DNA of 25,748 bases from an uncultured Ignavibacteriota bacterium (GTDB taxonomy: Bacteria > Bacteroidota > Ignavibacteria > Tepidaquicellales > Tepidaquicellaceae). A program made the position numbers and the translations under genes. The notes below the pieces were generated by a model. That model ran no database searches and was not told the DNA's origin. It saw only the letters and a list, made by a program, of their open reading frames with translations. Positions 24,876 through 25,748 of this stretch are shown here, in pieces. The stretch lies in contig CALGII010000029.1 of NCBI GenBank assembly GCA_937915485.1, positions 1 to 25,748 on the forward strand. The letters run 5' to 3'. Every line of letters starts with the position of its first letter. Within the stretch, counting starts at the first letter, position 1.

Positions 24876-25748
24876 TTGGACATATTGTTAAAAAATATTT
24901 CCATCCTTTCTCCGAAAGATAATCTGAATGGTGTTTTCGACGTGCTCATATCGGAAGGTGTAATTCAGAAAATCGGATATTGCGATGATTCAACGCTGAA
25001 CGGAAAAGTTTCAGTCGTAGAATGCGCCGGGAAAACACTTTTACCCGGTTTCTTCGATATGCACGTCCATTTCAGAGACCCGGGACAGACAGAAAAAGAA
25101 GATATCGCGAGCGGGTGCGCATCCGCCGCGAACGGGGGATTCACGGGCGTGCTGTGTATGCCGAATACGAAACCGCCGATAGACAATCCCGATACGATTG
25201 AATACATAAGGAAAAAAGCCGAAGATAATTTAGTCGATGTCTTTGTTTCCGCGTGCGCTTCGAAATCAAGAAACGATAAAGAACCGGCCGATTTTCAGAC
25301 TCTGCTCGATTCGGGGGCGGTTGCATTCACGGACGACGGAAGCCCTGTTTTGAATGAGAATATACTAAGGAGCGTTCTGGCATTTTCAGCAATAAGCGGC
25401 GCACCGTTCATGCAGCACGCGGAGGATACGAGGATGAGCGGTGATGGCGCGGTCAACTCAAGCGTTTCGGAAAAACTTAAAGTTAAAGGCATACCCGAGG
25501 AAAGCGAGTATGGACTGGTAAACAGGGATATCGGAGTTTCCAACAGCATTGCAAACTCGAGATATCACGTTCAGCATATTTCCTGCGGCGAGACTGTCGA
25601 AATTCTGCGGGAAGCAAGAAAGAAGAACAAGAACATAACAGGTGAAGCCTGCCCTCATCACATCATATTAACGGGCGAGGATGTGATTAAAAGCGGCGCG
25701 AACGCGAAAATGAATCCTCCTCTGAGACGTCAGTCCGACGTGACGAAG
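24876..25748 (+). CDS. pyrC: Dihydroorotase (class I, amidohydrolase superfamily), 3'-partial, running off the window
   Basis: Absent from the ORF track because it is open at the 3' end. My translation reads LDILLKNISIL...GKTLLPGFFDMHVHFRDPGQTEKEDIASGCASAANGGFTGVLCMPNTKPPID...GEACPHHI.... There is no in-frame ATG before DMHVH, so the start is tentatively TTG 24876 (alternative TTG 24885). Confidence 0.85.
   Translation, partial: MDILLKNISILSPKDNLNGVFDVLISEGVIQKIGYCDDSTLNGKVSVVECAGKTLLPGFFDMHVHFRDPGQTEKEDIASGCASAANGGFTGVLCMPNTKPPIDNPDTIEYIRKKAEDNLVDVFVSACASKSRNDKEPADFQTLLDSGAVAFTDDGSPVLNENILRSVLAFSAISGAPFMQHAEDTRMSGDGAVNSSVSEKLKVKGIPEESEYGLVNRDIGVSNSIANSRYHVQHISCGETVEILREARKKNKNITGEACPHHIILTGEDVIKSGANAKMNPPLRRQSDVTK

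Noticed and set aside
1-25748. A multi-gene novel defence, toxin-antitoxin, secretion or biosynthetic system
   Set aside because: Every ORF of 60 aa or more outside the 9221-12245 island is either a recognisable housekeeping or transport gene, a T9SS cargo or TPR protein, or a shadow ORF. There are no nucleases, NTPase/helicase pairs, small adjacent toxin-like pairs, cas genes or phage genes. Claiming a system beyond the REP/RAYT locus would not be supported by the sequence.

Overview
This looks like a metagenome contig from an FCB-group bacterium (Bacteroidota- or Ignavibacteriota-like). That placement is an inference from three type-A T9SS C-terminal sorting domains, a Gln at +1 of all four predicted signal peptides, AT-rich intergenic DNA and almost no Shine-Dalgarno sites. 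The first 47 nt are an Illumina TruSeq indexed adapter, not biology. Most of the window is tightly packed housekeeping: a partial YihY-family gene, a PP2C phosphatase, a TPR protein, rpsU, hpt-ftsH, ychF, fur-feoA-feoB, lat, purM, rsmI, dut, tatD, a PNP-family gene, an orphan nuoI, a CNNM/CorC-type gene, mlaE, tRNA-Val(CAC) and partial pyrC. The only clearly accessory segment lies between ychF and feoB (about 9221-12245). It holds a very AT-rich T9SS beta-propeller cargo gene and a 154-aa HUH/Y1 (IS200-like, RAYT-type) transposase gene. The transposase gene is flanked by oppositely oriented arrays of GC-rich hairpin repeats that share a leader CTATTnGATGnCG. The upstream array has 7 units with a 47-51 bp period. 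The downstream array is built on a 90-bp composite unit with two hairpin classes. A solo copy lies at 9296-9320. Compensatory stem changes argue that the hairpin itself is under selection. This transposase gene is also the only one in the window with a canonical AAGGAGG Shine-Dalgarno site. I do not see a convincing multi-gene novel defence, toxin or biosynthetic system. The REP/RAYT-like locus is the best candidate for something under-described in this lineage, and the other findings are smaller regulatory or architectural oddities. All protein family calls come from motif recognition by eye, with no database search.
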